DNA of 64,000 nucleotides from Candidatus Nanoarchaeia archaeon (GCA_028693395.1 JAQUVJ010000003.1:2298-66297), one strand, 5' to 3'. Shown: positions 1-8,499, counted from the first letter of the stretch. Notes: generated from the letters alone by a model not told the origin. Made by a program: numbers and translations.

Positions 1-335
1 ACTAAACAAACAGCATGATTCCAAAACAAACCAGAAAAAGTTTTCATTTTAAATTTTGATATTATTTTTGAATCATAATTTCTTTTTTCTAAAAGATGTT
101 TGAGCACAATAGCATTTTCTAAACATCCTAAAGTAACTTTACTAAATATTATTTCATTTGCATTTCTTTTTAAATACATCTGATTAAAATTTAATAAATT
201 TCCTTTTTCATCATATTTTAATTTTTCATATTTATTTTTAGGTTTATTTTTTTTTGCATTTTTTAAATTTTTATTAATCCAATTTATACATTCAAAAAAA
301 TATGTATAATCATTTTCTAAAAAATTATCAACCAT
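1..335 (-). CDS. Transglutaminase-like cysteine protease (lasso-peptide B2 / McjB C-terminal-like, PF13471-like). Partial: the 3' end runs off the left window edge.
   Basis: Not in the ORF track; I translated it by hand. It reads MVDNFLENDYTYFFECINWINKNLKNAKKNKPKNKYEKLKYDEKGNLLNFNQMYLKRNANEIIFSKVTLGCLENAIVLKHLLEKRNYDSKIISKFKMKTFSGLFWNHAVCL with no stop before position 1. The segment GCLENAIVLKHLLEKRNYDSKII...FWNHAVC matches the Cys...(about 35 aa)...HAW pattern of the Transglut_core3 family. Its ATG (333-335) overlaps the stop of the upstream rSAM gene (ATGGTTGA). Confidence 0.55.
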   Translation of the reverse strand, partial: MVDNFLENDYTYFFECINWINKNLKNAKKNKPKNKYEKLKYDEKGNLLNFNQMYLKRNANEIIFSKVTLGCLENAIVLKHLLEKRNYDSKIISKFKMKTFSGLFWNHAVCL

Positions 336-1395
336 TAATAACATCACCTAAATCTTTTTTTATAACACTAAATAATGTTTTATAAAGTTTACAAAATGGC
401 GTTTTTTCTGAAGATCTATTTGTTAAGCTATCGGAATAACATCCTCCATTACAATTATCTAAAAATTCACAACCATTGCATTCTTGATATATTTTTTTAT
501 AATGTACATATTGCTTTTTAATAACATCTGACCTTAATATTTCTTCCAGTTTTGTTTCCAATATATTTCCTAACTTAAAATCATTATTATTTACAAGACG
601 ATTACAAACATATAGATCACCTAAAGAATCTAATGCTAAAAAAGAAAAACAAGATTCACAAGACAATGAACAAACATTACTTCTATTGAATAATAAACTT
701 TCAGTCATTTCTACAAAAGGATTTAAAATAATTCTTTTATCATCATTTTTCCATATTTCATAAAGATTTCTATATATTTCAATAACTTTATCAATATTAA
801 AAGAAAAATTCTTAGAATTTTTACCCATTCTTATATATGGATTTAAATTTGCTTTTTCAGTTATATCAATTAAATTTTCATATAATTTTTCTTCTAATCC
901 AAAAAAACTATCACTAATAACAGATATAGTTGAATAATTTATTTTATAATATTTTAACATATCAATAGCATTCAAAACTTTATCAAAACTTTCATCTCCA
1001 TTTTTAAAAAATCGAAAATTATTATGAATTTCCCTTATTGGTTCTAAACTTATTCCGACTTTCATTTTTGTTAATTCAAAAAGTTTTACAAAATTCTCAT
1101 CAATTAAAGTACCATTTGTTTGTATAGATTGTTTTATATCAGATTTATCAAAATATTTTTTCAAAACCTTATTTGCTTCATAAAAAAAATCATATCCAGC
1201 AAGAGTTGGTTCTCCACCATGCCAAATAATTCCCAATTTTTTTATTCCTACTCTTTTTGATTCACTAAATAATCTATCCAATGTATCTATATTTACAATA
1301 TTATTTTTTCTTGAATCCCTATAACAATACAAACAATCAAGGTTACAATTATCTGTAACATGAATTAAAAAATTTTGTCTATACAGAAAAAACAC
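328..1395 (-). CDS. Radical SAM enzyme with a C-terminal SPASM domain (peptide-modifying / anSME-like maturase)
   Basis: The N-terminal CNLDCLYC is a CX3CX2C radical SAM cluster motif, and HGGEPTL is present. A complete SPASM signature is present: CFSFLALDSLGDLYVC (CX9GX4C), then CNGCEFLDNCNGGC (CX2CX5CX3C), then a later FC. The start is GTG, 3 nt after the stop of the upstream small ORF. There is no N-terminal RRE/PqqD-like extension. Confidence 0.85.
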   Translation of the reverse strand: MFFLYRQNFLIHVTDNCNLDCLYCYRDSRKNNIVNIDTLDRLFSESKRVGIKKLGIIWHGGEPTLAGYDFFYEANKVLKKYFDKSDIKQSIQTNGTLIDENFVKLFELTKMKVGISLEPIREIHNNFRFFKNGDESFDKVLNAIDMLKYYKINYSTISVISDSFFGLEEKLYENLIDITEKANLNPYIRMGKNSKNFSFNIDKVIEIYRNLYEIWKNDDKRIILNPFVEMTESLLFNRSNVCSLSCESCFSFLALDSLGDLYVCNRLVNNNDFKLGNILETKLEEILRSDVIKKQYVHYKKIYQECNGCEFLDNCNGGCYSDSLTNRSSEKTPFCKLYKTLFSVIKKDLGDVING

Positions 1396-1398
1396 CTT

Positions 1399-1665
1399 TC
1401 ATTTTCCATCTGAATACACATCCCAATGACTTCCCCATCCATCATTATCACTATGTGTGTCATAATGTTGAGAATATACATTAGAATTTACGTAAAAAGG
1501 TTTTGGCTTTATTGGTAAATCTAATTCATTTATTCCTAGAACTGAGACTAAAAATACATCTTCTGATTTTTCAAAAATTTCATTCCTTTTTGATTCAAAA
1601 GACATAATTATATCCACCAAATTACCTGATTTTTCTTCTTTTTTTAATATATGCATATAAACCAC
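1399..1665 (-). CDS. Candidate RiPP precursor peptide (Cys-free, aromatic/Asp-rich C-terminus). The likely true start is the ATG at 1605 (68 aa) or at 1656.
   Basis: This small ORF sits directly upstream of the SPASM rSAM gene and is coupled to it by a 3 nt gap. The C-terminus is FYVNSNVYSQHYDTHSDNDGWGSHWDVYSDGK. A GGTGG Shine-Dalgarno-like motif (1614-1618, minus strand) lies 8 nt before the ATG at 1605. The track start at 1665 is GTG. I recognise no homolog. Confidence 0.45.
   Translation of the reverse strand: MVYMHILKKEEKSGNLVDIIMSFESKRNEIFEKSEDVFLVSVLGINELDLPIKPKPFYVNSNVYSQHYDTHSDNDGWGSHWDVYSDGK
1614..1618 (-). promoter_or_regulatory. SD-like GGTGG upstream of the internal ATG (1605) of the candidate precursor ORF
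   Basis: The minus strand reads ttGGTGGAtataattATG. The same GGTGA/GGTGG-type motif precedes radA, the EF-1beta gene, rps15, tatA and the DUF5320-like gene in this window. Confidence 0.4.
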
Positions 1666-1877
1666 ATAATTTTAATATATGTATATTATATAAATCTTTT
1701 GTAATAATATGATTATTAAAAAAATATTATTATCTATGTTTAGATTTTAAATATTTTCTTTTTAAATTTATTTTTATTTAAATTTATATACTTGATTATT
1801 TTATATAAAATGTATCAACTATACGAAATATATGAAATAAATTAAATAAATGAAATAAAAAACATTCAATCATAAAA

Positions 1878-2729
1878 ATGATAATCAATCTAGACAAAAC
1901 ATCAACAAAAGAAGATGTAGGAAATAAAGCATATAATCTAATGCTATTAAAAAAATATAATTATAATGTTCCTAATGGAATAGTCATTTCATCTAAATAT
2001 ACAAATACTTTAATAAAAAATATTAAAGAAAAAGTTTTAAAAAATCTAAACGATCAAATCATGTCAAATAAAAAAAATTTTGAAAAATTTATAAAAGAAA
2101 TAAACAATGATTTTAATAAATTAAAATTAGATGAAGAATTAATAAAAGATATAAAAAATCAATTAACAAAAAACAAAACTAAAAAATTCGTAGTAAGAAG
2201 CAGTACTAATTTTGAAGATTCGAAAAATTTCTCTTTTGCAGGACAATTTGATTCATTTTTAAATGTTAAAATTGAAGAATTAGAAAAATACATTTTAAAA
2301 TGTATAAAATCTACTTTTTCAAGAAGAATGTTAAAATACACTTTCTTAAATAAAATAAAATTAGATAATATTTCCATATCTGTAATAATTCAAGAAATGA
2401 TTATTGGAAAATATAGTGGAATTGCATTTTCAAAAAATCCAATTAATAATAATGAAAACGAAATAATAATTGATATCGGTCCTGGACTTTGCAATAATTA
2501 TGTATCAGGAAAGAAAAACCCAAACACATATATATTAAAAAAAAATGAAAACATAAAAACTTGTCTTTCCATAGAAAATAAAATAAAAAACGAAGATGAA
2601 ATACTAAAAACAATAAAAAAAAATATATTAGAAATTGAAAAAAAATTTGAAAATTTCATAGATATTGAATTTACATTTGATAAAGAAAATAATTTTTTTA
2701 TTTTACAAGCAAGACCAATAACAAATTAA
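1878..2729 (+). CDS. Stand-alone PEP synthase / pyruvate phosphate dikinase N-terminal ATP-grasp domain protein (PPDK_N, PF01326-like)
   Basis: VGNKAYNLMLLKKYNYNVPNGIVIS matches the GGKxxNL...G.PVP.GF.I motif. VVRSSTNFEDSKNFSFAGQFDSFLNV matches VRSSAxxEDxxxxSFAGQ..t.LNV. The C-terminal IDIEFTFDKENNFFILQARPIT matches DIEWa...l.ivQaRP.T. At 283 aa there is no phospho-His swivel domain and no PEP-binding domain. Confidence 0.8.
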   Translation: MIINLDKTSTKEDVGNKAYNLMLLKKYNYNVPNGIVISSKYTNTLIKNIKEKVLKNLNDQIMSNKKNFEKFIKEINNDFNKLKLDEELIKDIKNQLTKNKTKKFVVRSSTNFEDSKNFSFAGQFDSFLNVKIEELEKYILKCIKSTFSRRMLKYTFLNKIKLDNISISVIIQEMIIGKYSGIAFSKNPINNNENEIIIDIGPGLCNNYVSGKKNPNTYILKKNENIKTCLSIENKIKNEDEILKTIKKNILEIEKKFENFIDIEFTFDKENNFFILQARPITN

Positions 2730-2742
2730 ATTTAATATATAA

Positions 2743-3246
2743 TTAAATTCCATGAAATATTGTCTTATATTCTTTTCTTTTATATCCTGGAATTTTGTCT
2801 TCTAATTCTCTAACTTCAAGATTTTCATAGACTTTATCAATCATTTCAGGTTCAATTCTCAAAATATCTTTTAATGTAACAAGTCCAACTAATTTACCTT
2901 TTTCATCAATTACTGGAAATCTTCTAATATCATATCTATTTATTAAATTAATTGCAACATTAATTTCATCATTTGGTTTTACAGAAATAATTTCTTTACT
3001 CATAATTTCTTCTGCTAAAATTTTTTTAGGATCTTTTGCCAAAGCAATTACTTTATAAACAATGTCAGATAATGTTATAATTCCAACTAAAACATTTGGA
3101 TTTACTTTTTCATGGACTAAAATTGAGCTAATATCATGTTTTTGCAATTCTTTTGTGATTTTATATACAGATGTTTCTTCTGAGACTGCTATAGGTTTTC
3201 TTGTCATTATATCACAGATTAAATATTCTTCTCCCATTTTAATCAA
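2743..3246 (-). CDS. CBS domain pair protein
   Basis: Two CBS-like modules are present (IMTRKPIAVSEETSV...; IMSKEIISVKPNDEI...RFPVIDEKGKLVGLVTLKDIL). Confidence 0.75.
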   Translation of the reverse strand: MIKMGEEYLICDIMTRKPIAVSEETSVYKITKELQKHDISSILVHEKVNPNVLVGIITLSDIVYKVIALAKDPKKILAEEIMSKEIISVKPNDEINVAINLINRYDIRRFPVIDEKGKLVGLVTLKDILRIEPEMIDKVYENLEVRELEDKIPGYKRKEYKTIFHGI

Positions 3247-3320
3247 TCAATAATACTTTATATCTTTATTTAAATTTATTGATGTTTTTAAATTTTTTTA
3301 ATAATATTTTTAAATTGCAT

Positions 3321-3374
<54 letters not shown>

Positions 3375-3375
<1 letters not shown>

Positions 3376-3731
3376 TATTTATTTTTTTCATCATTTACAA
3401 TAAGAGATATTCCATCAATCAATTTATACATTTGAGAGAAATCAGTACTTTCTTCTTGAATTAATTTTTTGATTTGTTTAGATAAATTTTCAACTTCGTC
3501 TATTTCGAAAGTATCTTTATATTCAAATCTTTCATGAGGATAAGCTTCTTTATATGTTATAAACGGTGTCTTTTTTAAAATATATTCTGAATTAGATAAG
3601 CCCATATAACTACGATACCAATCTTCATCTTTTAATATTAATTCTAAAGCTCCACACAATCCTCCTAAAAAATTATTATAATCATAACTTACTCCAATAT
3701 TGTTTAATTGAGGAACTTGTTTTTTATTCAT
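3375..3731 (-). CDS. Hypothetical protein (track ORF trimmed to the internal ATG)
   Basis: The N-terminal 49 aa of the track ORF 3375..3878 is a poly-F/L translation of an A-rich spacer. The sequence from MNKKQVPQLNNIGVSYDYNNF onward has normal composition. Confidence 0.45.
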
Positions 3732-3947
3732 AAAAATAAAAATAAATTTTATTATATAAAAGTACTTATTTATAATTTTAATATAAAAATGAAATAGAAA
3801 AAATAGAAAAAATAAAAATAAAAAACATCTAAAAACAAAAAAAAACAAAAAAAAACAAAAAAAACAAAAAATTAACAAATCTAAAAATCCAATATCCTAT
3901 ATATAAAAAATCTATACATTTTTATAAATAAAAAAAATCTAATAAAT

Positions 3948-5063
3948 ATGTCCTATGAAATCAAAAAGAAATATGACGACTTTATCGTAATTGAAATTCC
4001 TAATGCAAACATAAAAATAGAAGATACTCAAGAATCTCCAAACAAAATCACACAATCTAAAAAAGGATTAATTGCATTAATGATAAAAAAAGATATTGAT
4101 TTTTATAAAGCAAAACATCACTTAGAAAATTATGCGAAATTTACATTTAATGGTATAAAAGATAAAACTGCTTTAACATATCAACTAATAGAAATTAACA
4201 AAATATTAAAACCAATTCAAGAAGATAATCTTATAGAAATAAAATCACCAAAACAAGTAGAAAAATTATTAGATTTTATGCAAAAAAAACAAGAACATAT
4301 TGAATTAGAAGATCTTTATATTCCAGAAAAAAACATCGCAATTATTCCACTTTTCTATGCACAAAACAAAGTTTTTCCAGGAAATCTTGAAAAAAATTAT
4401 TTTATAATCAATCTATACTCAGACGATGAAATTAAAATTGAACAAAATCAAGAAAATAAAAAAACACAAGATTTTACATTTATTAATTATTTTGATAAAC
4501 AAAGATTTGGGAAAAACAATTTAGAAATCTCAAAATTAATCCTAAAAAAACAATTCAATAAAGTAATAGAAAAACTAAAAGAAGAATATAATTTCTTAGA
4601 AAATACAAACGATTTAAATAAAATAAGAGACGTATTAAAAATAATTTTAAACTCTTATCAATCTTACATTTTTAATAAAACTATTTCTGAATATATTAAA
4701 CAAAATTATCCAAAAAATCTAAAAAAAATAACTATATTAGATGAAGAATATTTTATATCAAATGAAATTGACCAAAAAGAATTTCCACTAATAGGATTTG
4801 ATTCAAGAAAAGAAATCTTAAATAAAAAATATGAAGACATAATTTATGATTTAATTGAAAAAGATAAAATCACATTTAGAGATTTAATTATTAGAGAATT
4901 AAGAAATCTAAGTATGGATCACTCATTTAGAAATTCAAAAGTTACAACTAGTTTAAAAATACAAAGAGATAATAATAAATACACTTTTCAATTTTTTATA
5001 GAAAAAGGTAGTTATGCAACAATGCTAATAAAGCAATACTATGAATTAAATAAAGATGATTAA
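3948..5063 (+). CDS. truD: tRNA pseudouridine synthase TruD/Pus7 family
   Basis: NGIKDKTALTYQ matches the TruD catalytic G-x-KD-x-x-A-x-T-x-Q motif. NYFDKQRFG matches NYFG.QRFG. Confidence 0.75.
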   Translation: MSYEIKKKYDDFIVIEIPNANIKIEDTQESPNKITQSKKGLIALMIKKDIDFYKAKHHLENYAKFTFNGIKDKTALTYQLIEINKILKPIQEDNLIEIKSPKQVEKLLDFMQKKQEHIELEDLYIPEKNIAIIPLFYAQNKVFPGNLEKNYFIINLYSDDEIKIEQNQENKKTQDFTFINYFDKQRFGKNNLEISKLILKKQFNKVIEKLKEEYNFLENTNDLNKIRDVLKIILNSYQSYIFNKTISEYIKQNYPKNLKKITILDEEYFISNEIDQKEFPLIGFDSRKEILNKKYEDIIYDLIEKDKITFRDLIIRELRNLSMDHSFRNSKVTTSLKIQRDNNKYTFQFFIEKGSYATMLIKQYYELNKDD

Positions 5064-5433
5064 TATGGAAAACGAAGAAAAAAATGGAACATTTATAACA
5101 TGTTTAAGTACAGGTAAAGGAACATGGGGAACTGTAAAAAGTATAATTAGTAAAGGAAATTTTGAAAAAGTAATAGTAATAACAAATGATTTTGGAAAAG
5201 AAAAATTCCAAGAAGAATGTGATATGATTGTAGTTGATACTTTTGGAGAAATTGATGATATTAAAGCAAAAATAACAAAAGAATTACCTGAAGCAAAATT
5301 TGCATCAGAAGTAGCTTTAAATATCGATTCTGGTTCCGGAAAAGAACACATGGCTTTAATTTCTGCTTTAATTGAAAAAGGTTATGGATTTAAATTCGTA
5401 ACAATTAAAGAGGATGCAATTATTACAATTTAA
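5056..5433 (+). CDS. Hypothetical small Rossmann-like protein
   Basis: It overlaps the truD stop by 8 nt. The motifs ITCLSTGKGTWG and NIDSGSGKEHMALISAL loosely resemble CARF-type signatures. This is a weak call. Confidence 0.4.
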   Translation: MINMENEEKNGTFITCLSTGKGTWGTVKSIISKGNFEKVIVITNDFGKEKFQEECDMIVVDTFGEIDDIKAKITKELPEAKFASEVALNIDSGSGKEHMALISALIEKGYGFKFVTIKEDAIITI

Positions 5434-5438
5434 TTTTT

Positions 5439-6719
5439 TTATTTTTTTAGAGGATCTCTTAAAGTTAAAACATAACTTCCTTCTTCTCTACTTTTTGGAA
5501 AATATGTTCTTGCCGCTTCTTGAATATCTTTAGGAGTTATTTTTTTTACTTGTTCTAAATATTCCAATTGTGAAAAATCATAATTTTCAGCAAGATATAT
5601 CATACCACTTAATTTTCTAACATCTTTAATGTCTTTATACATTCTGTATTCTATTCTTTTTTTTACATATTCTAATTCTTCTTCTGAAACAAGAGTTTCT
5701 CTTAATTGAGACATTACATCAAAAATTAAATCTATTGCATAATCAGATTTTAAAGATTTAATATTTCCTTTTATTGATAATTCTCCATAATTTACTTCAG
5801 AAAAATTTAAAGATTTAATATTGTATGCCAAACCTTCTTTTCTACTAATAAGTTTAAATAATCTTGAATTAGAATTTCCACAAAAAATATCATTTAAAAC
5901 ATCAACAAATGGAGTGTTTTCATTCTTCAAAGGTATTGTTGGAATACTTAAAATTAATTCGGAATTACTTTCATTTGCATTTATTTTATTTAATAAATCA
6001 GGAGCTTTATGATGAAAAAACTTTACATGATTTATTAATTTATTTTCTGGTATAATAAATTTATCAAATTCTGATTTTCTATATTTTCCAAAATACGAAT
6101 CTATTATTTCTTCAATATTTTTTGGGATTCCTCCTATTACATTTAAAAATACATTATTAATATTATAATTTCTAGTATAAAAATCTCGAATTGTTTGAAT
6201 ATCAAAACTCTTAAGCATCATTTCATTTCCAAGAACTTCCCTTAACATTAAAGAATTTTTTCCTAAAAAAGATTCTTTATGTAATTTATCATGAAAATAA
6301 TTTGGTTTACTTAATTTATTTGAAATTTCTCTTAAAACCCTTTGTCTTTCTCGTTCTATTTTTTCAAGATCAAATCTTTGATTAAATACTATTTCAGAAA
6401 AATAATCTAAAATTTGTAAAAAGTCATCTTTTAAAGAATCAACATAAAATAATGTTCTTTTTAAACTTGTAGAAGCATTAGATTCGCCAAAAGTATTCTT
6501 TATTTTTTCAATTTCTAATGGAGAATATTTTTTTGACCCAGCATTGTTAACAATATGTTCTAAAAAATGTGCAAGTCCATCTTCATCTTTTTTTTCACTT
6601 GTAGCACCACTATTTACAATTAGTTCAACATAAACTGTTGGTTCATCGTTTTCTTTATAATTAACTTTAAAGCCATTATCTAATTGTAATTGTTCATATC
6701 TTAAAGCATCTTCCAACAT
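5439..6719 (-). CDS. M16 family (pitrilysin-like) zinc peptidase
   Basis: HFLEHIV is the inverted HxxEH zinc motif. The length and two-domain layout are typical. Confidence 0.8.
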   Translation of the reverse strand: MLEDALRYEQLQLDNGFKVNYKENDEPTVYVELIVNSGATSEKKDEDGLAHFLEHIVNNAGSKKYSPLEIEKIKNTFGESNASTSLKRTLFYVDSLKDDFLQILDYFSEIVFNQRFDLEKIERERQRVLREISNKLSKPNYFHDKLHKESFLGKNSLMLREVLGNEMMLKSFDIQTIRDFYTRNYNINNVFLNVIGGIPKNIEEIIDSYFGKYRKSEFDKFIIPENKLINHVKFFHHKAPDLLNKINANESNSELILSIPTIPLKNENTPFVDVLNDIFCGNSNSRLFKLISRKEGLAYNIKSLNFSEVNYGELSIKGNIKSLKSDYAIDLIFDVMSQLRETLVSEEELEYVKKRIEYRMYKDIKDVRKLSGMIYLAENYDFSQLEYLEQVKKITPKDIQEAARTYFPKSREEGSYVLTLRDPLKK

Positions 6720-6838
6720 ACATAAAAGAATTATTTTATATTTATAAAGATATTTATTTTTATTACTATTTAGTAACTATTAAAATAATTTAAATAAATT
6801 TATATAAATAATCGGATATAATAATACGTGGTGATAAG

Positions 6839-7090
6839 ATGAAATCAGAAATAATAGAAAAAATCTCAGCATTAGTTACAGCAGCTTTTGGATTAGTTGC
6901 TGCACTTGCATGGAATGACGCAATAAAAGCATTATTTGTAGGACCTTGTGGAGCAGAAAATGCAGGAGCTCTTTGTGCACTATCTTCAGGAGGACCTTGG
7001 TTTTACGCAGTATTTGTTACTATTTTAGCAGTGTTAGCTAGTATTTGGGTTGGAAAAGCAACTTCAAAAATTAGTAAACCAAAAAAATAA
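6839..7090 (+). CDS. Small hydrophobic membrane protein (DUF5654-like)
   Basis: Two predicted TM segments are present, with ALVTAAFGLVAALAWNDAIKALF. GC is noticeably higher than the surroundings, which suggests constraint. Confidence 0.5.
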   Translation: MKSEIIEKISALVTAAFGLVAALAWNDAIKALFVGPCGAENAGALCALSSGGPWFYAVFVTILAVLASIWVGKATSKISKPKK

Positions 7091-7110
7091 TTTTTATTTT
7101 TTATTTTTTT
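7091..7110 (+). terminator. Oligo-T tract, putative archaeal intrinsic terminator
   Basis: The sequence tttttattttttattttttt follows immediately after the stop codon. Confidence 0.4.
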
Positions 7111-7122
7111 ACTATTTTAAAC

Positions 7123-7170
7123 AATAAATAAATAAGAAATTAATAAATAAATAAGAAATTAATAAATAAA
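7123..7170. repeat. 19-nt tandem repeat (aataaataaataagaaatt, 2.5 copies)
   Basis: Two exact copies lie at 7123-7141 and 7142-7160, followed by a partial third copy. Confidence 0.9.
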
Positions 7171-7245
7171 AAGATAAAAAAAAGAAATATAAAATAAGAA
7201 ATTAAAAATAAAAAAAAATCATAAAACGTATTACATAAAACATAA

Positions 7246-8499
7246 TTACAAATAAATAATCTCTTGAGATTTATTATCTAAATCTTTTAAAGTGTAAAAA
7301 TTCTTCTTAACTTCCTCTTCTCCTATGATTATCATTTTTTTACAATTAAAATTCATTGAATTTTTTATTTCTTTAGACATTCCTTTTGATTTGTAATTTA
7401 CAAAAACATTTTTTCCTTTTTTTCTTAATTCTAATGCAACGATATTTGAAAAATCAATTTCTTCTTTTGAATTTGACATTGTAATCATATAATAATCTAT
7501 ATTATATTGATTTTCTATTAATCCTTTTTCCTTTAATAATTCTTCAAAAACAACATCTCCCATTCCAAAACCAATTCCCATTACTTTTTGACCTCCATAA
7601 GCTTCAACAAGATTATCATATCTTCCTCCACCAAGGATTGCTCTTAATGATTTTGATTTATCAAATCCTTCAAAAATTATTCCTGTGTAATATCCCAAAC
7701 CTCTAATAATCTTTGGATCAAATTCAACATATTTTTTATATTCTTTTGGTAAATTTTCAATAATTTCTTTTAATTCTAAATATGATTTGTTATCAATATT
7801 TTTCATGTCTTCTATATTATCTGATTTTATTAATTTTAATATTTCTTCAATTTCTTTATCTTTTAATTTTAAATCTTTTAAAGATAATGTAAAATTACTT
7901 TCTCCTATTTTATCAAATTTATCAATCAATGATAATATCTCACTTTTTTGATCATATTTTTCTAAAAATGAGTTTAAAAAACCTCTATGAGAAACTCTTA
8001 GAGAAAAATCTTTTTGAGTAAGTCCACTTTCTTTTAAAATATCAATTGCTAACATTAATATTTCAGATTCTAAATTAGAATTTTCAGTTTCAAATAAAGA
8101 ATCAACATTTAATTGATAAAATTCTCTAAGCCTTCCTTTTTGTGGTCTTTCATATCTCATACAAATTGGAATTGAAAATAATTTTATTGGTTTTTTTATT
8201 TCAGGTCTTTGTGCGATCATTCTTGCAAGTGTAGGTGTCATTTCTGGTCTTATTGTAAATTCATCAGATTTTTCAGATCTATTTTTTATGATAAACATTT
8301 GTTCAGAGATTTCTCCTTTTTTTTCCCACAATTTAGTGTTTTCAACTATCGGTCCATCATACTGCATAAAACCATATTTATTACATACTTTTTCCCAAAT
8401 TGTTAAAACTTTTTTTACAGTTAAATAATCTTCTGGATATAAATCTCTTGTTCCTTTCATTGTTTGTATCAAAATTTTCACCTGTTTTTTTATTATCAT
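7246..8499 (-). CDS. hisS: Histidyl-tRNA synthetase
   Basis: MKGTRDLYPEDY, IRPEMTPTLARM, RYERPQKGRLREFYQ and GGGRYDNL are class II HisRS motifs. The true start is probably the Met of MKGTRD near 8460. Confidence 0.9.
   Translation of the reverse strand: MIIKKQVKILIQTMKGTRDLYPEDYLTVKKVLTIWEKVCNKYGFMQYDGPIVENTKLWEKKGEISEQMFIIKNRSEKSDEFTIRPEMTPTLARMIAQRPEIKKPIKLFSIPICMRYERPQKGRLREFYQLNVDSLFETENSNLESEILMLAIDILKESGLTQKDFSLRVSHRGFLNSFLEKYDQKSEILSLIDKFDKIGESNFTLSLKDLKLKDKEIEEILKLIKSDNIEDMKNIDNKSYLELKEIIENLPKEYKKYVEFDPKIIRGLGYYTGIIFEGFDKSKSLRAILGGGRYDNLVEAYGGQKVMGIGFGMGDVVFEELLKEKGLIENQYNIDYYMITMSNSKEEIDFSNIVALELRKKGKNVFVNYKSKGMSKEIKNSMNFNCKKMIIIGEEEVKKNFYTLKDLDNKSQEIIYL

Noticed and set aside
328-1395. 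The SPASM rSAM as an anaerobic sulfatase-maturating enzyme. It has a similar size and lacks an RRE.
   Set aside because: The window has no sulfatase gene and no C/S-x-P/A-x-R substrate motif nearby. Tight coupling to a small ORF upstream and a protease downstream fits a peptide-maturation operon better. Phylogeny is needed to settle this.
2159-2377. Antisense or out-of-frame shadow ORFs inside confident genes. Examples: 2159..2377, 3062..3253, 5046..5351, 5821..6012, 8209..8406, 9073..9264, 9679..9876, 12359..12544, 12399..12620, 13518..13757, 15389..15655, 20470..20658, 20876..21130, 22191..22433, 23735..23962, 28074..28316, 32786..32971, 32873..33076, 39819..40001, 40515..40721, 42684..42896, 42878..43075, 44595..44804, 51692..51922, 52010..52363, 52542..52742, 53540..53737, 55725..56012, 59244..59438, 61114..61422, 61401..61637, 61956..62318, 62505..62702 and 62721..62954.
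   Set aside because: Each one is fully or largely embedded in a longer ORF that has clear family motifs. Their compositions (Leu/Phe/Ile-rich) are typical of the reverse strand of AT-rich coding DNA.
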